DNA of 62,254 nt, filler included, from Rhizaria sp. SCN 62-66 (GCA_001724265.1; 7 parts of 7 records of this genome joined end to end with filler, not necessarily neighbours in it); one strand, 5' to 3'. Positions 22,162 to 35,500 are shown, counted from the whole stretch's first letter. Made by a program: numbers and translations. The notes: a model not told the origin generated them from the letters alone.

Positions 22162-23217
22162 ATGTCTGACATTGAGGAGGGTTCCTTCCTTTTCACTTCC
22201 GAGTCCGTCAACGAGGGCCACCCCGGTACGTCATTGTTTTCGCTCTTCACGATAACCTCACGCTGCAACTCAACCCACTTTGCGGCCACTCCAACGACGG
22301 TCAGTGAATCTCGCTCGTCGACGACCCGAAACCGCGTCCGCTCTTCGTGTCGCCAGCCCCAATCCTCTGTAGGTTCAATGCATATAATGCTTTTATAACA
22401 AAAACTAACCGTATATCTACCCTTTGCACTTGTTTTCTTCGCATTATCGCCTTTTATAGACAAGATCTGCGACCAGGTCTCCGATGCCGTCCTCGACGCC
22501 CTCCTTGCCCAGGACCCCCTGTCCAAGGTTGCGTGCGAGACCTGCACCAAGACCGGCATGGTCATGATCTTCGGCGAGGTTACCACCAAGGCCAACATCA
22601 ACTACGAGCAGGTCGTCCGTGACGCCGTCCTCAAGATCGGCTACGACGCCGCTGAGAAGGGCATCGACGGCAAGACGTGCAACGTCATTGTCAACATCGA
22701 GGAGCAGTCCCCCGACATTGCTCAGGGTGTCCACATCAACAAGGCCGACGATGACATCGGTGCCGGCGACCAGGGCCACATGTTCGGCTACGCCACTGAC
22801 GAGTCCGAGGAGATGATGCCCGTCACCCACGTCTGGGCCACCCAGCTCGGCGCCCGCCTCACTGAGGTCCGCAAGAACGGCACCCTCCCCTGGGTCCGCC
22901 CTGACGGCAAGACCCAGGTCTCCGTCATCTACAAGAACATCGATGGCGTCCCCGTGCCCCAGCGCGTCCACACCGTCGTCATCTCCACCCAGCACGACGA
23001 TGGCATCCCTATCGAGCAGATCCGCGAGCAGCTCCTCGAGGAGGTCGTCAAGAAGGTCATCCCCGCTAAGTTCCTCGACGACAAGACCATCTTCCACCTC
23101 AACCCCTCCGGTCGCTTTGTCATCGGTGGCCCCCACGGTGATGCCGGCCTCACTGGCCGCAAGATCATCATCGACACCTACGGTGGCTGGGGCGCCCACG
23201 GTGGCGGTGCCTTCTCC
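22162..23217 (+). CDS. MAT: S-adenosylmethionine synthetase (canonical MAT), 3' truncated by contig end (exons 22162-22225, 22460->23217)
   Basis: [76 protein letters not shown]. Intron GTACGT...TATAG. Confidence 0.97.
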
Positions 23218-23606
23218 NNNNNNNNNNNNNNNNNNNNNNNNNNNNNNNNNNNNNNNNNNNNTTAATTAATTAANNNNNNNNNNNNNNNNNNNNNNNNNNN
23301 NNNNNNNNNNNNNNNNNCCCCCCCCAAACGATGTTCGTCTGATTTGAAGGATACGGGTGGATAATAGTTTTGAGACAAAAACACGAAGTGAGATTATGAC
23401 AAGCACAGTAAAACGCATCCAACAGTCCGCTTCGGCACATACGAAAAAGAATCATTAAAGGACTGATTTTGTTTTGCAATCGTAGGAACGATCACATTTT
23501 AGAAATAGGGGAATTACTACGGCTGCGAAGCCCAACAGTGATAAAAAAGAAAAAGAGGTCATCAGAGTATGCTTGATTTGCTGACCTACAAGCAAGTAAA
23601 CATAAG

Positions 23607-25568
23607 TTAAAATTGACCAGATTGGATCTTAGGATAATAAAGCGTCTCGTGCCTGCGGTAATAGCTGCGCTGAAACCGGTTTAGACTTTTGAAAAATGCA
23701 AGGTCCTGTGGCGTCAGTTCAGGCGCAACTAAAAGAAGTCCGTCAACGTCGATACCCGCGTCCGACAACGGCGGCAGCTCGCCGTAGAGCCGCGCGCGCT
23801 GCAGCTCTTTGCTCTCCTACCCGTTAGTGTTAGGCCGGTAGTGCATGCTGTCGGCGCCAAGATTGGGCATCGGCGCGTACCGCGTAACTGTGGCGTTGAG
23901 GAAATCAATGCCGTCGCCCTCTGTGGTTAGGATTTTATTTGCGCCGTCGCTGACGTAAACAAGGAGACGCGCAGTATTTGCTTGCACCAGAGGGCCTTGG
24001 GCGCGCGCGCCAGGAGTCGAATGCTTCAACTGGCCATAGGCGCCGACAGCTGTCGGAATACGGTGGAAACCGACACCGCGTTGAATGCGTCCCTGAATGA
24101 TGTTGTCCTCGGCGCCCCAGCCCCAGATGTCGTTAGGAAAACCCTTAGACTTATCATCGACTCCGGACGCAAATACGCCACCAAAGTGGTGACCAGCCGG
24201 GATAAAACCTTTGTTCTCGCGCGCTGGCAGACCTGTGCAGTAGTGAACAGGCAGGCCGTCATCGGCGAGGTCGTACTTGTTGAGCAGCGAGATGGGAAAG
24301 ATGTCGACGTCATGCGCAACAAAGTAGTCATAGCCCCACTTGCGGGCCACGTGCGCAGCAGCGTTGAACAAAGCGCCCTTGTTGAACGCAACGTCGTAGT
24401 TTTCTTGTTCAATAACGAGCAATGCGTAGTCGCGACCTGGAACTTTGCCAATCTGACGCAAATGACGGTCCATACGCGTGATAAACAAGATCAGCTGTTC
24501 CGACCGTTCCTGCCTGAAGATAGTGATGTTAGTTGCCGGGTCAAAGACCTTCTTGCCAAACTGGTGCTCACGGAATGGAATCACGACAAGCATTTTCCCA
24601 CTTTTTCCCTGCGATGTAAGATTCTTATGCGCAGCGATGACTTCCGGTGCAAACGGGTTGAACCGTGTTGCAAACGCAGGCATCGTTATGTTCTTGAGAG
24701 TGAACTTAGTGTTGCGAGGGAAACGTGGCACCATGCGCGTCACCTTATGCAGAGCGTTCATTGCACGCTTGCCCTGAGGGTTGGTCGCCAACATCGCGGC
24801 GCTGGGCTTAAAACTCGGTGGTGACAGCGTGCCCGTGTACGGCACTGTAGGCAGCGCGCCATAGCGCCGGTGGGATACGCGTTTGGAGGTCGTTGTTGCA
24901 TTAGACGACTCTGTCAATGTTGTGTTGCCCGTTGACGCTGCTAGAGGAAAGATGGTAGCGGAGACTGGGCTGAAATTGGGAGAAAAGGCAGGAGCAACTC
25001 CATAAAGGGTGTTAACAGAGCTCGTCGTCTCGAAAGCCATCCGAGCAAACATGCGGCGCCCATGGTTGCTCGTACTCTCCCAATCCTTGCGATTTGAATT
25101 GGCATCGAAACTGTTGGTGAGATGCCCAGAGAGCGACTGTGGTGCGAAGGTGAAGCCTTCTGCGTCGGACATGCTATCATCCTCACGGACACTATTAGCG
25201 TCACCGTCAAAGTCAGCGCTATCAGCATCGTCGTCGTCGTTATCGGATGAGACAAGGTTGTCCTGGCTTCGTACAACAACGATTTCGTCGTCATCGAATG
25301 TTGTAATTTCCCGTTGGTCGTGATTAAAATCAGGCAGAGGGTTGCTGCTGTGTTGGGTGAGGTGAGCCTGCAAGACGGGTGCGCGCACTATATGGCGAGA
25401 GTGCAGCAAAGTCACACCTTGATAGTACATGTAAATGTAAATGAGGAGGTAGACGGCGACAACGACTCCGCGACTGCCCCACAACGACCGTAGCAGGTTG
25501 CGGAGTTCGTCGTCACCTGTGCTGTCGAAGTCGGCGTCGCGAAAGCCAAAGGTGCACTTTCGCCTCAT
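23607..25568 (-). CDS. GT7 (beta-1,4-galactosyltransferase-like) type II membrane glycosyltransferase; in-frame TAG at 23817-23819
   Basis: N-terminal TM segment (VVVAVYLLIYIYMYY). GT7 motifs VVIPFR, IEQ...FNKGALFN, YFVAHDVD, FGGV, GFPNDIWGWGAEDN. After the TAG the frame stays open for 69 more codons (ESKELQRARLYGELPP...QSGQF) to TAA at 23607. Confidence 0.85.
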
Positions 25569-26041
25569 GAAAGCGGAAAAGCACTCCGCGAGCGCAACCT
25601 AAACAAACCAGAACCAATCCGCGTGACAAACAAAAGAGAAGTGAAGAAGAGCTGGTGCGCCACTGCATTTTGATTTGGCGGATTGTGGGTCAAGAACAGA
25701 GAGATTCGGCACATGGCAAGAAAATCAATTAAATTAACCACAGATATACGTGAAATGCACAAGACAACTGCGGCCGGCATCGACAATGAATGAAAGTGAC
25801 AACGCGCGATAAGCAAAGACAGATGAGCGGAACGAAGTAGACTAACAGGATTACTCCTTCTTCAAGCGCATCCTCACTTCGCCAACTGGTCACATTTTCG
25901 GATGTGGTTGTTTGGGGATATTCTCTTCGTTATATCGTTGTTGTTCTGGGCAATTTGAGCTTTTAATGCTATACTATCCTAACATTTCGTATAATTGTTT
26001 CACAACTACTCGTTTCGTAAGGCAGCAGTGACGTTCTAAAC

Positions 26042-29000
26042 ATGTCCCAGGCGTCATGGGACAATGCACCTGCCGATCTCGAACAACCGCACCGCATACG
26101 TGGCCGAATGGCACTCTTCTTTTTCTGGGGTGCTATTCTGCTTGGTGTGGGGTTTGTTCACAACTTTTTCCTGCAGAGGCAAATCTTCTTGACGAGATTT
26201 TCGCTTTTCTCCGACTCGACCATCCACAACAATCAAACAGTTGACAACGCTGAGAGTGCCGACGGTGATGCAGCTGTATCATTTCATCCTGATGCTAAGA
26301 CAGGGATAAATATTGTTTCTCCTTTTCCTGGTAGTATGCCTGTATCTGCGCGCGACTTCGGCGCCACATCTCTTTTCGTGCCTGATAAAGTTGCCTCACA
26401 ACTCTCACTGTCGCCGTTTCTCGACGTATCGTGTCCACTCTGCTTCACTTCTTCCACTGCACTGAACCCTAATGTTGCAGATGCACTTGCCGCGACATGT
26501 CCACTACCTACCCCTGTTCCAGCACATACCACGCCCATTGACCCGCCGCTGCTTTGGCATACTCACAACGGCGTGTCGCGCCGTCTCCTGCCGCTCTCAC
26601 CCCAAAACGCACATTTGCCGCTTGACCCCGGTGTGTGTCGGCAGTGCTTTGTCCCATATGCGCCACCGACTGCCGCGGCGACTGTGGGCGCTGGTAGTGC
26701 CGAGGCTGTGTTGGAAACATACAACATGTGCCGTGTCCGTGCAAGCCAAGGCCTTGCTCACAATCATAATTTTGGCTAGAGCGAATATTTTTTGTCTCCC
26801 AGTGACGACAAATTGAAGCGTACAGACTCCGATGTTGATCATAATGATGATACCGATGACACCCTTGATGCTGATCTTGACATTGAGCCAGGTGATGAGA
26901 ACAGTGGCGGAGTCAGTAACGGTGAGAAGCTCTCGGGCTGGGTTTCACTCGACGGCTCACGGTACCCTGTATCTGCGTGCGTCGAACCCATGGACTACGT
27001 GTTCCTTTGGGTCAACGGTTCAGACCCCGTTGTTTCTGCTGCGCGTGCGCGAGTTCTTGAGCAGGCGAAGCAAGCTGCTGACAATGCACGCGCAACAAAT
27101 GAGTAGAGCGAGAGTGTGCCACCCCCGAATGACAATGCTGATGCGGCGGCAGCGTCCATGTTGAACGATGACATTAACGCACGCAAGGCCGGTGACAGTG
27201 CCAACAATGCTTCTGAAGATGTACCTCGAGCACCCGTGGCTCCTCCATCCGGGTTTGTCGAGAGCAAATTCTCAACTGGTGAGCAGCGCTTTCGTGATTT
27301 AAACGAGTTGAAATATGCGATGCGCAGCGTCTACGCATACGCGCCCTGGGTGCGCCGCCTTTATCTTGTGACATCTGGCGAGCATCCTGTGTGGCTAAAC
27401 ACGTCACACCCACTCGTACGGCTTGTGCGTCACGAGGATATTGTTTACAATCCGGCTGTTAACGCGCCCGCATTCTCGTCCAATATGATTGAGACCGGTC
27501 TCCACCGCATCCCCGGGCTCTCTGACAATTTTATATACTCTAATGATGACTTCTTAATCACTAAACCTGTGCCTCAGTCTGCCTTCTGGTCACCTGAACA
27601 TGGAACTCGGTTGGAGCCTTCTTATCGTTATGGGTCACTCGCCAGCAAGATAACGTTAATTGGTGACGGGCTTTGTCATCCGGCGTGTATGGGTGAGTTG
27701 ATGCAGTATGATCTTGGCGATTGTGAGCGGAACTATTTGCGGGCACCTGCTGCTTGGGAACTTTATGATATGCTGCTTGTGCTTTCGCAGCAGATGTACT
27801 TGCGAGCTCCTTCAGTTGATGTGAAAAAACTGCCAAGTTACGAGCCACTGCCGGAGCGAGTCCGTGTTAATATCACAGCAATCAAAAATTTCAGCAAAGC
27901 ATTAACTAAAAAGACTAAGGATGATGGTTCTATTGCGAATAGATCATTCACGATGACTCTGGACGGGAAAACTCATGGCTACGTCACGCTTGGTTTGTAT
28001 CAACAGAACATCACATTTGGTCCAACTGATCACACAGCGTTTGTCGCGTACAACAAGCTGTCGCGTCGCCAGCAACGCATGAGCAAACGATCGCCGCCGA
28101 CTTTGTTTGCGCCGACTTATGGTGCGCGCTCTTTTTTTAGCAGTGAGAAAAGCAAAGATCCCACTGACATCTTTTCACCGCTCATGCACCCTGTGCTCGC
28201 CCGCGTTGCGCTTACTGGCAGCCACCTATACGCACATGCCTCTTTGCTCAACGAGTCTGTCTCGATTGCAGAACTCATCATCACGACGCCTTCGGCCGCT
28301 TCAGAGCCCGCGTACTGCGCGCCTGGCTGCCCCGCGTCGTGGGCTGGCGACGGCGTCTGCGACAGCACATGCGACGTCGAGAGCTGCGGCTGGGACCGTG
28401 GCGACTGTGTGCTCTCGCCTACTGCTGCTGGCGCTGCGATTGCGGAGATTGTAGCTGTTTCTGCTGACCGAACCGCGCGCGGATATATTTCAGCTAGCGT
28501 TGATGCCGCTCGTGCTGAGCAGCACTCGCGCGTCAAACGGCTAATGCTCAAGCAGTTGCGCGTGTCTCAGCTTGCTACCGCATTGTTAGAAGACATTGCG
28601 CGCTCTAATGTTGCTGTGTGGTCTCTACGTAGTGCTGCAACCGTGCATAGAACACCTTCTGTAAGTGAATCGCCGGTTCAACCCAACGATGACAAAGAGG
28701 CTACAATACTTATTAGTGATAAGGCGCCTGGCTTGGACGCAAAGGATTACCCTAACGATGTGTCAGCTTTCTATGTCACTGCAATGCCCATTCAAGACTC
28801 TGCTCATCCGAATGTCACCAAAGATACTTGCTACCCAGCTGGCTTGTCGCTGCAGTTGGCACAGGAATGGGTCTCCGCAGTGCTCGCCGAGATGTACCAC
28901 AACAGGCCTCACGGACAGCGGTTTGACGCTGACGTTGACGCGCTACAACGTGGGGCCGGTGTTGCGGCTGCACAAGCTGCTGCGTCCGAGTATGCAAACG

Positions 29001-30445
29001 CATTGCGGAAGTTTCGTGACGACGAGAAAACGAATTTGAAATCTGGCAAGAGCACACACGGACGCGAGAGCCAGAGCGCGGCAGATGATGACATCAGGAA
29101 ATACGAATTCTATCCTAATCTCACGACAATCAAAGCGCACCGCGCTGTTCGTCTGCAATTGGTATCGTCGCTGCAGTGGCCGACGGCCAACAACGCGCAT
29201 CCGTCTCAAGTTCTGTCCGTGCCTGTATCCGTCACGCCGGGTGCGTGGTGGTAGCAGATAGGCAACTTACCGAAACGTTTGGCATCCACGAGTTGGACTA
29301 CTTTTGTGCGTCGCACGATGGTTACGATGCGCAAAATTGTGGTCAACACGATCGCCACAACAATGCCTCATGTCCCAGTATCTCTTAATAAGCACGTTTA
29401 CGCGCGCATGCAGTACTTAGCGCGACATGAGTACTCCAGTACTTATTCAGCTCGTTTCCGCGGGAGAGGAGACATGCAATTCGCGCAGGCAATTGTGTCA
29501 TTTACTGCCGGTGCGCGCCATAGCTCTGTTGAGTCTGTAGCGGAGTCGCTGCTAAGTCATCACGACGCGGACTGTGATGGTACCGTGCGCGGCACTGAAG
29601 TGCGCTCACTACTTGTGGATCTGTTTACGACCCCAGCTGTGCCACCGGCCACAGCCCTCTGCATGCGCGAACAGCGCGCGCCGTGGGCTGTAACCGCGCC
29701 GCTGACGCGACCGCCGTGCAATTCAGAGCGCGAGGCTGCAGTCTCGCGCCGGATTGCCACGATGACAACCAAGAGCGAGGGCGACAGCAAGTTGCGGCCG
29801 TGGCACCTCCGGTGCGTTGCAAAGGGGGCAGTTCAAGGCAATGATACTGATGATGACGCAGTCTCTGCATGGCATGCGTCTGTTGCTTCCGCGCGCACAT
29901 TGCCAACGTCAACGATTCACTCTCCTGTGTTGATGACCGCACTGACACAAGAACCCCTCCTGAGTGAGCTATTGCGCGCGACACCATGGCGTGAATATGG
30001 TGCTGACTCGGCAAAGTCTACTGAAAAGCGTTCCTCAAACAACAAGGACCGTGGCACTGACGACGCAAACGATAGTGACGACGACTTGAGCAGCATCGAC
30101 TATGACGAAGACAGTCTTGTTATCACGCGTGCTGACCTACTGCAGTGGACTCTGAGTCGTGTTGCTCTCCAAGAAGTCCAACTTTTACACAGGCCTTTGT
30201 ACCAGAGGAACTTGAAGACAAAACAGGAGCCTTCAACATGGCGCTATGTTGCGCTTACAAACAAACTTTTGATAAATACTACTGAGCTAATGACGTCTAT
30301 CGCGCGCAATCTCGCGGAAAAGAAAAACAAATTGTTCACATGTATCAACGACGACATTTCAGATTTACTCCCTCCGGGTTTTGTAAGTAATGTGACAGAA
30401 GTTTTTGAGGCAAAGTTCGCGCGTAAAGCGCCGTGGGAACTGTGA
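26042..30445 (+). CDS. GNPTAB-like / Stealth-family GlcNAc-1-phosphotransferase, single frame with three in-frame TAG codons (26777, 27104, 29252)
   Basis: Four track ORFs share one frame and are separated only by TAG. In order they encode the TM anchor, Stealth CR1 (PMDYVFLWVNGSDP), CR2 (RFRDLNELKYAMRSV..APWVR..LVT..P.WL...FSSNMIE..LHRIPGLSDNFIYSNDDF), LNR repeats (CAPGCPASWAGDGVCDSTCDVESCGWDRGDC), CR3 (PHVP..LNK...RFR..DMQFA), an EF-hand-like DADCDG..TE and CR4 (FTCINDD...F..K.PWEL). Stop TGA. Confidence 0.92.
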
Positions 30446-31871
30446 TTCAAGACAACACGTCTTATGATTGTAGTGTATCGCTGTTAAACTCTACGATTCT
30501 GCGGCTACTTAAGCAGAATACCTGCATAGCGTAAAGGCGAAGGAAGTTGTTTTTTGCTCGTCAGGATTTATGTTTTTTTCTGTTTTTTGTATCAGCTAAC
30601 AAGCTATTGCTTAAATTTCTCGATCCAAAAGTTTCTTGACGACTAGTGAGCATCGTATTTTCGTACATGTACACGTCCGATGTTAGTTGTGGCTGGCGTA
30701 ATATATTCTAAATTGCACGTTTCTCGCGCTTTTCGGATCACTAGGTCTGTTAGATATTGCTCTATAAGCTAACTAGTAACGTGCTTTTTTGTTGTTGTAG
30801 TACTGACTATTTAAGTACAAGGATGGCATGACATTCTTACCCCGAATACACTGCCAAGCGTTTGAAGCATCATACGTACGTATTATATTTACAGAAATCA
30901 CTTGATGATGCGTTCAACCCCCCCCAAAAAAGAGAAGAATATTGTCTCAGTATCGTCGGAGCAATCTAGCAATTGTTGTTACCATTTACGAAGCACTGTA
31001 CGTACGTCTACAGATTACGGTCACAACATCACCGCTGTGTTGCATTTGACTATGATGAGAAAGTATGGACAACACCCTGCTAGTTGCAGGACAACTTAGT
31101 TGCAAACCCACAGCGACAAGAGCGACAACGCCACCGATTCTGACGACGAGAGTGACAATGACGACGACGAGAACGACATCGAGATCGAGGAGAAAGTAGA
31201 GCGCGTCGAGAACGGGGTCGACGACCTTGGTCACCTCTCGCACGAGGGCCGCCTTGTGAAAAGCAACGTTGTCCACCCAAGAAGGCTCGGTGACGCAAGC
31301 CACTTATCTATTAATACAAGCTAAACCCCATCAAATCTGTGTAGATCGCATGCTCATGACGCCGTGACCTTGGGAGACAGCGTGCAATAATCACTCACAA
31401 CAAAGAGAAGCTTGAGTATCAACCCTTGCTGGACGTGCGTCTGTTACTGAGGGTCGTATGCGCTCCCCAGAGGACAACATGGCAGCCATCTCGCGCGCAA
31501 ACGAGCTCATGAGCCACTCTAGCGCCCACTCGCTCCCTGCTGCACAACATGCTTCTGCAGCTGCTCCGTCGCACCAACAGTGCCTCTCCCACCTGTGTAG
31601 GCAAGGCTGAGCAGGCAAAAAACAGTAAGTAAAAAGACAACCACATGGTAATCGAGTTTTTATTGGCCGAGAATTGATAATCAAATATATAACTCACATA
31701 TTCATTTAGTCTAACAAATTTCACCAATAAATATATATGTATCAATCCAATTGTATTACAAAATCAATTTCCACCGCAAATTTGTTTGGTCAACTACGGA
31801 TATTTTAGCCACAGCTACGGATATTTTGCCCGCAGTAGTAAGAACAAATTTGAAGACACAATGTTATTATA

Positions 31872-32213
31872 TGTTACCGTCGACATTCTGCATAAAATTC
31901 CAGTCGACAGCTTTTGCCGGTCGCGATTTAAAGGTGGCGTTTCTTGTGTATACACACTTCGTTTTCCNNNNNNNNNNNNNNNNNNNNNNNNNNNNNNNNN
32001 NNNNNNNNNNNTTAATTAATTAANNNNNNNNNNNNNNNNNNNNNNNNNNNNNNNNNNNNNNNNNNNNATATACTTGGTTCTTATTGTTTTCATAGAAAAA
32101 GAGAGTCTGTGTTCACAGGAAAACAAAGTGTGTATACACAAGAAACGCCACCTTTAAATCGCGACCAGCAAAAGCTGTCGACTGGAATTTTATGCAGAAT
32201 GTCGGTTGTGACA
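31872..32213. mobile_element. Pair of 96-bp inverted repeats (31872-31967 and 32118-32213) flanking an assembly gap; putative transposon termini TGT...ACA
   Basis: CGACATTCTGCATAAAATTCCAGTCGACAGCTTTTGC...GTTTTCC is the reverse complement of 32118-32204 with 2 mismatches. The outer ends read TGTTACCGT and TGTCACAAC. No transposase is visible. Confidence 0.6.
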
Positions 32214-32580
32214 ACAGTGCCGGTGTCTCATGGTTTTATAGAGTTTCATAAAACGTGTTGTAATGGAAATTGATCCAATGTCTCTTTATGTGCTCTTTTG
32301 TGGCCGTACGGTCGTAGTTAGGGGGAGAGTCGACAACCTCTTTCGATCGACGATCAGGTTCTTGAGCTAGTTAACTTGTAGACATGATTTCAAGACTTAC
32401 ATGGATAGCTCATCAACAATTGGACCACTTACCCTGTTTGCTGTTTCCTCTTGCAGCTTTTCTGGCATTTCATATTGTCAAACCCTCCATTCGAGCTTTT
32501 CGAGCATCGCTGCTCACCACAACGAACCTGCACATCTCATTCGGGCTCTCAAGTCCCTTACTCAGCCTCATTCCGTAAAC

Positions 32581-35500
32581 ATGTTCCGCTTTGCGTTGTC
32601 ATGGGCTGTCGTTGTATGGTTTGTGCTGTTCACCTTCGTTGAGAACGCAGTCGTAGTCGCCACTGGCCCAACCAACACAGGCCCCGTTTTCAGTACGACA
32701 CTCATTCCTGCATCTACAGTCTGCTATCCAGCACTCGGTTACACATCCGTAACACTTGCTATCACAGTCTCTGGCCTTGATGCAACTACGAACACAGCTT
32801 TAACCTTAAGCTGGTCTTGTCCGTCTCTGTTGCAGCAGCTCAACCTCACCACGACGTCGCTCGTCACTACCTCCAAGGACTGCCTCGACGACGCGGCCCT
32901 GCCCAACACTATACGCTGCACACGCACCACCAGAGCTGCGCTTACTATTTCTGATGTTCGAGTACATTTTTCCGCGTTTCCAGGCTTTAAAGAGTCTGCG
33001 AGCGTTCTCTCGTCGTGTCTTGGACTTACAGCCAACGGTGTAGCAGTCTCAGCCGATGCCTCAGTTGTCGACACGCTGTTACTGAAACCCCCGCTGACCA
33101 AGCCTACTGTCGCTTTGCTGCGCGACGACAACATATTTGTTGACCGCGCTACTAGTGGGACAGCTGACAGTGGGATCCCGCCCACTGGCAGCCACACTGC
33201 GGCACTCGCTGTGAGCGCGATTCTAACTGCGCGCACGGAGGGCGTCATTGTACTCGCAGTTTTGCTTGAGCGCCACGGTCAATTGGAGTACGATATGACG
33301 GCAACCAGTGTTTGGATAGTTGATCGTAAAAACCGAGAAGCTCACACGACCGAGAAGTGTGCCATCAAACGCATTCCTGGTGCGCGCAACATCGAACTGC
33401 GCTGTCTCGACTTGCCTATGGGTCAACTCAATCTCCGAGTCAGTCCAGTGGTCCTTCGAAGCAAGACAAATATTGACAACATCGGTAGTATTGGTCTTAT
33501 TGGGCGTGTGATGCTTGCTTTAAATGGCAAAACTCAAGTTGCAACTGTGGTTGGCGCTCCCAGTGATCGCGGTGACGACTCCAGAACAACGTATAGTTCC
33601 ACTGATCGTGATGGCGGAACTCCACAGCAAATTTCATCGGCGCGCCCAGAACACATGACAACACAAGCGTTGCCTTCTTACAGCTTGATCTCTGGCTCCA
33701 GTGATGGGACTGTGCGTCGTAAACCTTATGACGAATGCGAGTCAGCTGATGAGAAACTCAGCCCTATTTACAGGCACAGGAGCCGTACTTTTGATCTTAA
33801 TACTGAAGATGTCGACAGGTTTGAAACCCTTGCTAAGTTGTGTGGAACTGTGACTGGCTATTTCCAATTCGAAGTTTCTTGGACTTGGGCACAAGTTCAA
33901 GCATACAGCTTAGATGGATTAACTCGTACGGGGAATCTCATTCTTCAAATTGTGTTTCCACAAGCACACTCAACGGCAATGATTGACATTTACTCAGAGC
34001 CAACATGTCCGACGTCGCTTGACTTTCACCTTGCAGAAGGGGAGTACGATATTGCCATCGACGCTAGCAGCACTCAATACCTCATGTTGATTGCAGATCC
34101 TAACATCTACGAGGGAAGATACTATTAGACGACCATCAAGAATGTCATTATCACATCTGCATCAGCGTAGCTTTAGTACACAATAAGTAGCAGCTGCGTT
34201 CGTTTTGTAGATCTTAATTATCCCCAACCCATAGCTGTTGCCTACGCTCCAGAAGATCTGAACCTAGACCCAACGAACGGCTTAGAACCTTCGATCGGTT
34301 TTGACTTCGATATCTCCACTTACAAAGGTGTTTACACACTGTCGCCATATACTGACTACGACAACCGTTTTAACCGTTTACTCTCTGTTAATATATCACT
34401 TAGGGGAATGCGTCTGGGCACGATGATACCCGCGCCTGGTGCCATGACCATTAGCCTAGCTGACACGTGTATGGGTACTTACACCATGGCCCTGTATGGC
34501 GTTGACGAGCGTGTATCAAGTATCACTATTTCAACTCCTTCTGAAACAATGTTTTTATTTCCTTTATTCACGCTATTTGTTCATCCTTCCAACGCGTTGC
34601 CGCAAATCTCTATGAGTTGTTTTCAAATTATGTCGGATGATGGCACTGAAATGCTACCAGCTTTCGAGCTCACGGAGCTGCCATCCGACAAAATCCCACA
34701 CTTTATGAACTACCACATCACTGATGTGAGTGTTACCGGCGTTTTTTCGCCTGAAGATTTCTCATACTCAATCACACGCGAGGTTTCAGTATTGCCAGGT
34801 GCTGATACGATGGTAGGTGCAGCATATATGCTCGCGGGTCGCTTAGACTGCTTCTGCCCCAATGGATCACACTCTATTGAAGTTCCTGTTTTAGAAGCAG
34901 GTACGGAGACGCTAGTTGACTGTGTGGTCCAGATTCAGAATGAAGAGATGATTCTATTTTACTGTGTTGACTCCATGTCAGCCGGAATCTGGCATAAGAT
35001 GATTTTTAAGTGCAGTGGTGGATTCACCGAAGCTATTTTAGATGCGTGTTTTAACGATGGAAATACTGACGAGGTGAGAATTGGTCTGCCGGTTGATTCC
35101 CTCACGGTTGGCGTTGACCACTTTGATACTGTGCAGTTCATGCCGGCCAAAGGCATCCTTATCGGATCTGTCATAACCTCACGTGCACTTGCAAACAACA
35201 TCATAGATCCGCTCTCTGTGATGGGTAAACCGACAACTGTAACAATTACAGTCTATCTACACGTTCTTGCACTTCAAACGTCTATTTTTACCCTATCCGT
35301 TTATTTTAACAGCAGCATGTTTTCCTTGATGTCTCAAACCATTGTGGAGGCTGGGCCAGGACTAATTGCACGCTCGACAATTTTGGCGCGATTAGTTGTG
35401 CTTTTACATCTCGCACATTTCTTAATGAGGACGGTGTAAGTAGCCTACCGACTATTATTCTCCGGGAGGTTCGTGAGCCTAATGGTCCTGTTGTTGAACC

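Noticed and set aside
22226-22470. METTL16-type m6A splice-site regulation in the SAM synthetase intron
   Set aside because: The acceptor reads TATAG|ACAAG, not the UACAGA-type motif, and I see no supporting hairpin. A possible alternative acceptor near 22372 is unsupported.
26700-29260. In-frame TAGs as 3' splice acceptors of small introns
   Set aside because: Real introns here are about 100-250 nt, AT/pyrimidine-rich, with GTACG/GTAAG donors. The sequence before these TAGs is open coding frame without such donors, and GTGCGT...TAG at 29241-29254 would be 14 nt and frame-breaking.
31080-31690. Short acidic ORF-like fragment (SDDESDNDDDENDIEIEE) and neighbouring small ORFs
   Set aside because: No start codon, splice structure or recognisable domain; possibly a decayed gene or transposon relic but unsupported.
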